Positions 26,737 to 38,556 of a stretch of DNA of 64,000 nucleotides are shown in pieces (the first letter of the stretch is position 1; each line of letters opens with the position of its first letter). The position numbers and the translations under genes are program-made. The notes under the pieces were generated by a model. That model searched no databases, was not told the DNA's origin, and saw only the letters and a list, made by a program, of their open reading frames with translations. Source of the DNA: Octopus sinensis (taxonomy: Eukaryota); assembly GCF_006345805.1 (NCBI RefSeq), contig NC_042999.1, positions 117,180,001 through 117,244,000 of the forward strand. Direction: 5' to 3'.

Positions 26737-29265
26737 CTGCGTTATTAATAAAGAGTCTTCAGAAAGTGGTAGAAGAAAATAGCCAGAGCTGTTGTTGTTA
26801 TTGATATCATTGTTTAACCGTGGGGCAATTTTGATCGAGTTCACCTAAGATCAAAAATATTCCAGTCGTGCATTTTGCTATTTTTTTAGCAAGGTAAAGT
26901 GTAATTCGAAAGATATTTTGTTGCTCTTTCTTGCATTTCATGTGACAGTGTGACGGATCTTTGTTCTAATTTCTATTTAACCTCTCTGTTGAGAGGTTAA
27001 TGAGAAAGTAAGAGACTAGCGTATGTGCGTGTGTGTGTGTATGTGTGTGCGTGTGTGCGCACAGATAGCACTTATGACATCTGTTCTGGTAACGTGGTCT
27101 CAGTTTACTTCAAACTATCGTTCGATCAGATGTATACAAAGTGTTTCGTTGGTCTTCGAATTATTACTGTATTTATGTGTTGTCCGGTTGGCTGGGAATA
27201 TTAAAATAATGCCATGGTACTTTCGCTTCGATGTTGTTTTTATACTGATAGGAGTTCATACTGATGTCAGGGAACATTTTTTCTATGAAGTTGAAGTAGT
27301 TGGTGCCCATTTTCCTCCGACTCATTTATTACAACCCACCCCAAAACAAAAAAAAGAAAAAAAAAAAACGTAAAAAAAGCAAAACAAAATATAAGCCAAA
27401 AAAGAAAAAAGTAAAAGAAAAAAATCCAACCAAAAACAAGTGCAAATTCCGCACCAAACGCAAGAAGTATCGGACACAAGAGGTTAAGGGTTATTTGAAG
27501 TTAATGTGAACTCTTCAGAATGTCACATTTATAAAGTTTGTATGCTTCAAAAACAAAAACAAATCCTATTTAAAATGAAACATAGAGAAGAGCATCATAT
27601 CACGATCATTATATACCTGAAAGGAGGCGGCTAGCAGGCGGAGTCATTAATGCAGGCAGAGTCGTTCTGTGCTCAAATTTGAACGAGTTTCGCTTTGCCT
27701 TTCATCCTTCTGTGGTCGATAAAATATAAATCAATTAAGCACTGGAGCTGATGTAATTACTCTTCTCCTAAAATTGCTGACCGTGTGTCAAAGTTTGAAA
27801 GAATTTTGGCGCAAGGTCAAAATTCTTTTGTGCCAAAATTTGAAGGAATACCCTTAAAAGAAACAAAGAGAACAGACTACAAGGAATACCAATGGATTAG
27901 AAGTAGGTACTGTCGATCGATCTGCGAATGTCTTGTGGTATTTAGTAACGTCCCTTTATAATTTGAATCCACACCCTTTCTTTCATTATTCGATGAAATA
28001 AGTACTCGTCAAGTACTGCTTGATCTCACTTGAATCGACTATTCTCCGCCGTCAAGTTTCTGACTTATGATAGACATCGTCATTGATAAATTTAGTGAAT
28101 TATAAATATAGTTGATAGATACCATAGATCAAGTTTAATTATCTACGTCAACATAAAATGTGAAAAATAAAGCGATAACAATAACTACAATTAGATGTTA
28201 TTCAACCAAATATCAAATTAAAATTTTCAAAGAAGTAGTATGTATGTCAAGTGAAAGAACCTTACAAACGGATCTGACACCATTTAACATTCAAAATAGA
28301 ACATGATGGAAGTACCGACACATTACAATATTTGCAACAACAGGAGAAAACGAAATTGATAAAAAGCAGTATAATTCACCTAAATTGTACAACAGTCCAT
28401 ATACTAAAAGTAAAAGCTGAGATCAAAATCAAAGAAGGAAAAGAGGATTTTGTAAAAAGTAAACAAAAATCAGAATCGGCTGGGAAATAAATTAACGAAA
28501 ACATATAAAGAAAAGTAGGTTAAAAGTATAAAAAAAAAAAAACAGAAAGAAAAGCAGTACAAGAGAGGAAATAGAAAGCTAAGAATAAATTTCTAACTTG
28601 GAGAAGCAAATTCCTAGAGCAAAATCTTGAAGATAAAATGGCTTAAAAAACAATAAATAACCGAAATAAAATAGTTTATATTTCGGAATAAAAAAAAAGA
28701 TATTAAATGTAATTAACAATATCTTGAATTAGAAAATATCGCAAACAGCGGAAGAAGTAATAGAATCCCGGAAAACGTTCTGGGGACTAATCCAAGCTTA
28801 TGGCAAGAAACAAAAGAAAAGAGTGTAATACATGTATACATAATAAAAACTGAATAGTCAATACAGGAAAAGACAGCATAATGCAACTGGAATATAAACA
28901 GTGAATATGATCAGAAACTTTGGGCAACATACGTTTTTTCTCTCTCTCTCCTTCCTCCTCTCTCTCTGTATATGTGTGTGTTTGTATGTATATATATGTA
29001 TATACACACGCATATAGTGCACAGAAAAAATATAACACGAGGACAAAGTAGAAAACAAAACAATAAAAGAAATGTGTAAGAAACCGGTAAAAAGAAGGAA
29101 ATGTCTTTTATGTTTCGAGTATACATTCCTCTTCTGAAAGGTAGGACACACAAAAAGTGAAATAAAAACGGAGAAATAAAACAGAGACAAGGCACACACA
29201 TTTGTGTGTATATCACACTAAATAAAACAGTGAGAACACTGTTTTATGGTGGTGGACACAGGCAG

Positions 29266-29328
<63 letters not shown>

Positions 29329-29864
29329 GAGCTTCTTTCAGTTTTCCCCGCCGAATCCACTCACAGGGTTTTGGCTACTACAAAGCTATTGTAGAAGACA
29401 CTTGCCCAAAATGCCACACAATGGGATTGAACCTGGAACCATGTGGCTGGGAAGCAAACTTTTTACCACACAGTCACGCCAGGTTTTGTTCAAAAAAGGT
29501 ACTTGTTTGCAAAAACAAAGCAAAAAAAAAAAGTAGAAAAGGAACTCAAGTAATCGAAGTCGTGAAGAAAATAAACATTAACATTGAACTCTCAGCATTG
29601 ATGCTGATAATGGTGAAATAAAAATCTCTTTGGTTGGATAACGATATTTTATGGAGAAAGGGAGTAAATAAGACGATGGCTACTCACATAATGGTTGCTT
29701 ACATTACCAACAGGCTAAAACAGTCTTAAATTCGGGCGTAACTTATACCTTTCATAGCTAGTGTTCTGGCAGTCATATCACATATCTACCTGTCTAAATC
29801 TCTCACGTGATCTTCCCGAGAGCTATGCGGGAAGGTCACATAAATTCTCTTACCTTTCAATCAA

Positions 29865-29869
29865 TCAAC

Positions 29870-29908
<39 letters not shown>

Positions 29909-30010
29909 CCAACCAACCAACCAACCAACCGACCAACCAACCAACCGACCAACCAGTCAACCAATCAACCAACCGACCGACCAACCAATCAAGCAAGCAA
30001 CCAATCAATC
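29865..30010 (+). repeat. (CAAT)n/(CAAC)n tetranucleotide microsatellite
   Basis: Directly visible. Confidence 0.95.
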
Positions 30011-30441
30011 ACTATGTATGTTAACTAGTCCCATTCGGATGTTATTTGGATACACAATATTTAACCGCAGTATAAAAATATGAAATAACACTAAGTGAAA
30101 TCTATATAACGCTAAAAATTAGGAACGTATGCTATCACTACCGTTAAGTTACTTTCCACTGCATTGGGAAAATACGTTGAAGTCAAAAACTTACAATATT
30201 TAAATTTAACTTAGAAAAATGATGTCATGTATAGCTATTGTTTATGTTGAAACAATATCTGTTTGGATAACAAACAGAATTTTATCATCTAAAGGAATTT
30301 TCAAAGATCTTTACCAACGCTATACATGAATAAGAATAACACCTAATTGGAGTATTTATAATCAAGATATTAACTACTTGTAGGGACACCATTTTTCGTT
30401 ATGTAACCATAATATACTATAAAGTATATTAAGCGCTTTAT

Positions 30442-31065
30442 ACGTCAATACTATATCCTACCGTGTTAGCAGTGCTATTAAATCGTATTTTAAGGTAGCT
30501 TGCTTACGAACCACATGGTTCTGGTTTCAGTCCCACTGCGTGGCACCTTGGGCAAGTGTCTTCTACTGTAGCCTCGGACCAACCAAAGTCTTGTGAGTGA
30601 ATTTGGTAGACGGAAACTGAAAGAAGCCCGTCGTATATATGTATACATATATATGCGTTTGTGTATGTGTTTGTGTGTCTGTGTTTGTCCCTCCCCCCAA
30701 CATCGCTTGACATCCGATGCTGGTGTGTTTACGTCGCCGTAACTTAGCGGTTCGGCAAAATGAGACCGATAGAATAAGTACTAGGCTTGCAAAGAATAAG
30801 TCCTGGGGTCGATTTGCTCGACTAAAGGCGGTGCTCCTGCATGGCCGCAGTCAAATGACTGAAACAAGTAAAAGAGTATATAGACAAATTTGTTTTGGCG
30901 AATTGGAGGACACCACCGGTCGGCTCGAGCAGCTGTATCGCAGACTTTGGACTCCTCTCCTTTGATTTATTCTACAACAATAACTAGCTTTATTATGAGT
31001 TTACGATCAAAGGGGATATGACTATTTAATAGCACTGCTAACACGGTAGGATACAGTATTGACGT
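30442..31065. mobile_element. TIR element (42-bp inverted repeats) with a nested SINE
   Basis: 30442-30483 and 31024-31065 are inverted repeats with one mismatch. A composite SINE occupies about 30504-30880. Confidence 0.7.
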
Positions 31066-31512
31066 TTTCTTTGCCCGTTTGTTTTTCACTATTCTACTTT
31101 TTGCTTCCATCTGCTTTCCTTCGTATTTTTCTCGTGATTTCTCTTGTTCTAGCATCCTGATTTGTAAACTGTATTAGCTATGTGCTCAGAATCTGAAGAT
31201 TGCTTAGAGGCACAAGCCGTGTTATTAAAACGTGCCTAGACAACATTTCCAATGAATGAAACTATTATGCTGAGGCACCGCCTTGAAGAATTTTTTGTCG
31301 AGTGAATTGATTCCAGTACTTATGTTTTGTTAAGCCTGGTATTTATTCTATCGTCTCTTTTGCCGAGCAACTAATTTACAGAGACATAAACACACCAATA
31401 CCGGTTGTCAAGCAAGTTGCGGGGGACAAGTGCACACACAGATAGACAGACAGACACAGACACACACAGACACACAGACACACACACACACACACACGCG
31501 CACGCACGCGCG

Positions 31513-31603
<91 letters not shown>

Positions 31604-32309
31604 TGAGTATCTTTCAGTTTCTGTTTGTCAAATCCACTGAAAAGGTTTTTGTCAGTCCGAGGCTATAGTAGCAGACGCTTGTCCAAGTTTCCACCCGAAA
31701 CCATGTGGCGTGGATGCAAGCTTCTTACTTTACAGCCACGCTTGCGCCTAAGTCTCAAAATAACAGAAAAAACAAAAAACTTCTCACTTCCCTCCTAAAA
31801 CAAACAAACAAAGCAAAAAAAAAAAAAAATGCAACGAAATATTACTTATCGGGTTTTATCAAAACTTGACAGTTTATCCACAGTAAGCGTGTATTTATGA
31901 CAGCCGCTGTCAAATAATGATGAGAACAATATTCTGAAAGGTGACAAGTAAAATCTCACATATATTTATTTGGCAGCAATAATTGCCAAACTCTAGTTGA
32001 TTTGGAGTATTCAAAGAAAAAATATACAAAATCTGGATACAATCTAGCAGATGTTGAGATACTTTTTTTCTGTTAGATTCTGCTGAACTTCAATATAAAA
32101 CTTATCTATTAGCGAAGAACTTATTGATGAGAAATCAAAAACACTCTCATCATTTTTCCATTCGTACACATATATTAATTGACACATATGTCAAGAATTT
32201 AATATGTTTCACATTTAACATTAAAGTGCCAATTTTGTGGCTGAAATTCATTGTGCTTATCATATATAAATACATACGCTGTTATTACTATTACAATAAT
32301 CAAGCATTT

Positions 32310-32945
32310 AAGGCGGCGAGCTGGCAGAAACGTTAGCACGCCGGGCGAAATGCGTAGCCGTATTTCGTCTGCCGTTACGTTCTGAGTTCAAATTCCGCCA
32401 AGGTCGACTTTGCCTTTCATCCTTTTGGGGTCGATAAATTAAGTACCAGTTACGCACTGGGGTCGATGTAATCGACTTAATCCGTTTGTCTGTACTTGTT
32501 TGTCTTCTTTGTGTTTAGCCCCTTGTGGGTAGTAAAGAAATAGGTATTACGTCTGTCTTTATGTCCTGAGTTCAAATTCCACCGAGGTCGACTTTGCCTT
32601 TCATATTTTTGGGGTCGATAAATCAAGTGCTACTTGCGTTCTGGGGTCGATCTAATCGACGCCCCCCCCCAAAAAAAAATTTCGAGCCTTGTGCCTATAT
32701 TAGAAAGGATTATAATTAACCATTAATGTAGCAAGCTATCAGAATGATTACCGCGCCGGACAAAATATTTGGGGGCATTAGTCTTTACATTGAAAGTTCA
32801 AATCCCACCGAGGTCAACTTTGCGTTTCATCCTTTCCAGATCGATGAAACAAGTACCAATCAAGCGCTGGGGTCGATGTTATAGACTATGCCCCTCTCCC
32901 AAAATTTCAAGTTTTGTACCTATAGTAGAAAGGATTATTATGATT
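32310..32945 (+). mobile_element. Tandem SINE copies (aaggcggcgagctggcagaa head family)
   Basis: A well-preserved copy starts at 32310. The ctgagttcaaattcc...gggtcgata core then repeats at about 32565 and 32795. Confidence 0.85.
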
Positions 32946-35479
32946 AACTAAACACTGAACATCCGTCTCATGGTAATAATTACTCCGAGATCACAAAATA
33001 ACAAGTTAATCCTTGGCGGGGTTTGGTCTCGCGCGAGGGATGTTGGAGGTTCTTTGGCTATGGTTGGCAACACTTATAGTATAGTAATGGTGTTTCGGAA
33101 AAACTAGAAAAAAAAAACACGTCGTAGTGTAACCTTAAAATCACTATCCTCACATGAGCGCGTTATATTAATTTAAAAAAGCGGTATGAATGAGACTGAA
33201 GCTTCGGACGAGGGTTTCACCCGGTAGCTGCTGTGATGCACAGAAACACAGAAAATGTCATCATCCTGTCACTGATGTAGAGAAAAGGTAAGTAGAAAAA
33301 GGGAATCAAGAAGATAGCAATGAGATATTATCTAAGAACTAAATTAAGAAAGCGAGGATTCCGAAAAAGAAAAAAAAAAAAGAATTGAGGATATTTGGAA
33401 TAATATGGGAATATTTAAACAGTGAACAATAGCTGTTAGCAGACCAAGTATTGTATTTCAAGAGTGGTAAATACTTCATTGACTTAGAAATTAAAGAAAT
33501 ATAGACAATTGCAAAAACTAAGATATCAAAACTAGACAGATGGCAATCATTCCTCAGAGAATCAGAACAATGAAGCTTTCGTTGCCGGCCAGGAGAATAC
33601 AATGCTGTCAGCAGAGACAAGGGCAAGTAATAGCGTAGAAAAAGAATGAGAATTTGTGAATAACCTTGGTAAAGTTCAGTTAGAAATATTTGCAAAAATG
33701 AGGTGAAAAAACTGGAAAACCTACAGCTATTTAATTGAAAGACAATGGATGGAACCATAGTTACGGAACCCCATTTCCAATAAAAATGAGGGCGATAAGA
33801 TCACCTATGAAAATATTAGAGATATTAATAAGTTGATATTATTGGGTGCGATGTAGTTTCAGAATTGTTGGAGAAAAGGAAAGAAGCACCAGGAAGTACA
33901 CACGCACGCACGCACACTCACACACACAAACGCTTATATACAACCAAGTAAATGCACACACATACATACAAATGAAAGTATGGTGATGAGATACCATTGA
34001 AGATTTGGATTTTGCATAAATCGTGGCAGAGAAGTTAGAAGGGTGACCTTCATTTTTTTCTAAATGAAAGCCATGAGATATTGCAGCATCAGCATTGCAA
34101 AATGAGACGTATCCTCATCATGCCCCCATTTCTTGGGAAAATTTGTTAATCTACTTCGAAGAATAACTTTTAAAGTATATCGAAATATATTTTTTTAAGG
34201 ATGAAGTTGCGTGGGCTAGAGGATAGGGTGTTGCACTTATGATCGCGAGATTGTGGTCTCTATTGCCAGAGCGGGTGGTACGTTGTATTCTTGAAAACCA
34301 CTTCATCATATGATCTCTCTGCGATCTCTTCGACATCTGGCGTGAGGTACACTGTGCATCCACGCAAGCAATGCCGATTTGATGGGGGCTAATGCTTAAC
34401 ACAAGCATTTGCACCCTAAACAAATCGCCTGGACAACTTGTTCAGCAAGAAATTGTAGAGCCTTTATCTGTCATCTTCGACAGGAGAGTCCACGACACTA
34501 TCTTTTCTTAGTAATACAAGAGGTGTTGCCTTTCAGTTATTGAAATACAAGAGCTCAATGATAATAATAAACGAATGATAATAATAAACGGACTAAATAC
34601 CCAACCATACCAATCAATAATCTAAACGATCAAACCCATCTTTTAATAAACCGAGTATTTAATAATACATAATCTTAATATAGTGCACATCAAAAGACAT
34701 AATTAATATTATTAGCTTGAAATATGAGCTAAATATTTTGACAGTTGTTCAATATATGCCATCATATATAACAATATCTCACAAACATTAGATATTTCAG
34801 TACTACTGTTGATTATGCCAATAACCAAAATTGTTACTATAACATTACTATAAGACAGCGAACTGGCAGAACTATTAGCTTGCCGGGCGGCTTAGCGGCA
34901 TTTCGTTCAGTTTTACGCTCTGAATTCGACTCTCACTGAGGTTGGCTTTGCCTTTTATCCTTTCGGGGTCGAAAAAATAAGTACTAGTTGAGCACTGAGG
35001 ACGATGTAATCATCTTATCTCCGAAATTGCTGGTCTTGTGTCAAAAAATTGAAATGTAACATACCTGTTGCAATCTTCTGTGACTTGGTATAACCCACAA
35101 GGGTTATACCAAGAATGGTATTACTCTTATGGTCATACCATTCTTGAAACATCTTACTAAGTTATACGGACTTTCTACTTCTCATCTCTCAATTTCTGCC
35201 TCTGCGTGTGTGTCTGTGTGTACACAAACACAGATATACAGGTAAAAAAGCAAAAAAAACAAAAACAAACAAGTGGCAGAGTATCTCTCTCCCTGAAAGC
35301 CACCTCACTTCGGCGCGAAAATGCAAGAGTCAGTGCTATAAATCTATGTTAATACAAATTTGCTGAAACAAATAAGTCTTTACCGGTTCATTTGTAATAT
35401 AATTTACCACTTCGACGATTTGATCTAAAATTTGTTTAAATTCAGCCACCCATGATTTCGTAATTAAGGTATCTATCTA

Positions 35480-36200
35480 AAAAATAATGAGTTATATAAT
35501 AATTCAGGTTTTATAAGTAATATAAAACCTTTCGTACAGATTATTATAGAAATTCTCCACCGGTACAAATAAAGTCATGATTTCCATAGATAATTGTCAG
35601 TTTTCAAGACATTTACTTAGTATATAAAAATGTCATCATTTTTTGCTGTGCTTGGCATTTCTTTGTAAAAAGAAAAAAAGAGTTCGATTTATTCTTTGAT
35701 CTTCATCAAGAAAACGAACGAATGTTAATAACCGTGCTTTGTTAGCAATGTCTGTTGACATTTCAACTTGCAAAGCAACATTTAAATGTTAAAGCTTACC
35801 ACAGCATATATTTTCCTTGATGTTAGCAGAAAATTCTAAAATTCACCAACTGTATAATTTAAGAAAGGAATTTTACTTATTTCTTGTTCTACTCGCATTG
35901 TTTTACAGTCTTTCTCATGTAAGCAAGTAAGTGATTCCGTCAAAGGACGAAATGGCATTCTTTGTGCAGCCAGTTCAGATATTTCTTGAGTCATTATCTT
36001 AAACTGTGAGTACACATGCAAATATATTTGCCTGCTTTGCCTAAAAGTCTTTTAAAATAATTTCAATCTTTTCCTTGAAGATAGACGTGTTTAGTATTGA
36101 AATGACTTTTCAACTTGTCAGGAAACACTGATCCGTCTCTCATTTTATTGTTACATACTAAGTATAGCGCTGAATACCTGTCTTCGTTTCCAGTTTAGGG
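35480..36200 (-). mobile_element. Decayed hAT (Charlie/Buster, ZBED5/SCAND3-like) transposase
   Basis: Frame-broken PDKLKSHFNTKH...YFKRLL, EISKIPFLNYTV and VALQVEMSTDIANKARLLTFVRF, corresponding to FAIQLDESTDI...QLLVYVRF. Confidence 0.75.
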
Positions 36201-37451
36201 CCTCCCACCACAAAATTTGGGTATAACAAATGTAATACAACAGATAATCCGACAATGAGCTGTGAAACCATGCCTCTCACCAGTTATGTTTCTTAGAAAC
36301 TTATCCATAATATATATAAGACAGACAGACACACATACGAGTGAGTGGATAAATGAAAGAAAGCTTGATTTTATCTCAAATACATTACTCTCCTCCCGAT
36401 TTCTGTTAAGCTGGGTCCGTTCTACGCGCCCAGAAAACATTAAGCCATATGGAGCTGAGTCAAATTCTTATTAAAATATATGTGTTTATATAACCAGTGT
36501 GGTAATAAGCAATGCGTGTTCGCATATATTTATTTTCTCAATATTCGAATACGATAAAAGGCCAGAGATATAGAGTGAAAAGGAAGAGAGATCGCTCAAG
36601 ATTGAGTGTTGAACTGTTGGCACAAGTGACAGATATTGCTAAAAGGAAGGAAATGAAAAAGAAAGTGCGATGAGGATAAAAGTGATTTATAGATAGGGAC
36701 AACTGAACTGAGAGAGCAAGAGAGGACAGATAAAGAAGTAGACAGTGAGTGAATGAGAGAGAGAAGGAGAGAGAGAGAGAGACAGAGAGAAAAGGGGAGA
36801 CAGATAGCGTGTAAACAAAAACTAAATGAGATAGAAACCAAAGATTACAAGTGAGGAACTCAATTTGAGCGAGAGATTGGAAAGTGGAAAATTAAGTGGG
36901 TGAAGGCGAGAGCAAGATTCAAACCGGGAGAGGGGAAATGAAGAATGGAAACCCGTCGCGAAGTTTGTAACTTTAGCACGTCTTTATTTATTTCATTCTC
37001 TCTCATTCGAAGAATTTTAAAAATGTTTTTGAAGTGTGTTTTTGTAAATATTAGTATGATCAATTGAAAACATCTCCGGTTCAGACTGAACAAAATATCC
37101 ATTTCATTTCCTCGAAAGATCTGTTTTAAAGTTTTAAAATCTTCTCTGTGTGTGAATGTGTGTACGTGTGTGTGTGCAAATGTATTTATGCATATATGAA
37201 TTTATTATGTATATGTTCTATGTATCTATGTATCTCTCTCTTTCTCTATAGACCTCCACATGCGCGCGCGCACACATACTTTATTTGTGGGTTAGCCAGA
37301 CTAACATTGGTTTCATATTGAGAGAGATATGTCTCAACTATTTTTCAAGTCTGCCACATTGGACGTTGATGTTCGTTTCCATCTTGAATGGGAACAGGAA
37401 ATCAATTCCACCAATGCAGCGTTGAGCCCTCATTCTCACTGTTCGATATTA

Positions 37452-37616
<165 letters not shown>

Positions 37617-37649
37617 CAAGAAAAAAGCAACAAGAATGGATTAGTTTTT

Positions 37650-37810
37650 CAGTACAATTGTTTCGTACGAAGACCAACTTTACTAAAAGCTGCAAATATT
37701 GCAGCAAATACAAGTGTCCCGTACTCATCAGCCGAAACACATATGAGTTCTCCAAGCATCCTAGGGGGAGAGGTTACACACATGAAGTATCGAAGATAGT
37801 TCTATAAAAA
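37650..37810 (+). mobile_element. Possible PLE linker/GIY-YIG remnant
   Basis: [14 protein letters not shown]...SKIVL resembles the Cys-rich linker preceding PLE endonucleases. It lies next to a hammerhead-bearing island. Confidence 0.35.
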
Positions 37811-37870
37811 GCAAATTTAGATTGTAAGCAGACTTCCAAAGAGAACTTTGGAAGTCTGCTTACAATCTAA

Positions 37871-37903
<33 letters not shown>

Positions 37904-38023
37904 TATATAGGTGTGCTGGAGATTTTCTATTTTGGATATATTTGGGGTACTTAGGTCTGCTCATGACTTAGTGCTTGCTTCTTCCATGGGTGTGAGTAAG
38001 TATTTCATTTATGTCTTACGTGT

Positions 38024-38084
38024 TTATCGCTGACGAAGAGAAAATTCTTATGAATTAACTCTGAAATTGGGACCGATACGATAA
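38024..38084 (+). ncRNA. Type I hammerhead ribozyme in a solo pLTR-like island
   Basis: UUAUCG-CUGACGA-AGAG(extended hairpin)CUCU-GAAA-UUGG(GA)CCGA-UA-CGAUAA, with a 6-bp perfect stem I. Confidence 0.75.
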
Positions 38085-38223
38085 TAACGGAATTTTTTAG
38101 AAGTTTCTGTCGGCTTGCTTCGAGATGCGTGTTTATAGTGATAAATTATATGGTTATTGACATTTTGTTTATTTTCGGCATATTTGGCATTAGAATTTTT
38201 TTCTTTTGCCCTTGTTTATAAGT

Positions 38224-38330
<107 letters not shown>

Positions 38331-38517
38331 TATATACATATGAAGGTAAAAACACATCTTTCTTTTCTTTTTTTTATTTGTTTCAGTCATTTTGACTGTG
38401 GCCATGCTGGAGCACCGCTTTATTTATTTTCACATAACAAATATTTCCATATAACAGTTTTATTGTAAAAGTATTAGTCCATGTTTCTACAGGGTGAGTT
38501 TTACACACACACACACA

Positions 38518-38556
<39 letters not shown>

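Noticed and set aside
33180-33850. Perfect donor AAAG|GTAAGT at about 33287 and a purine-rich downstream region
   Set aside because: No open upstream exon could be defined. The region may be a decayed LINE ORF1, but I cannot support that.
35300-35345. E2F-like TTTTCGCGCC plus TATAAA as a promoter
   Set aside because: Short motifs with no associated gene, located next to a hAT remnant.
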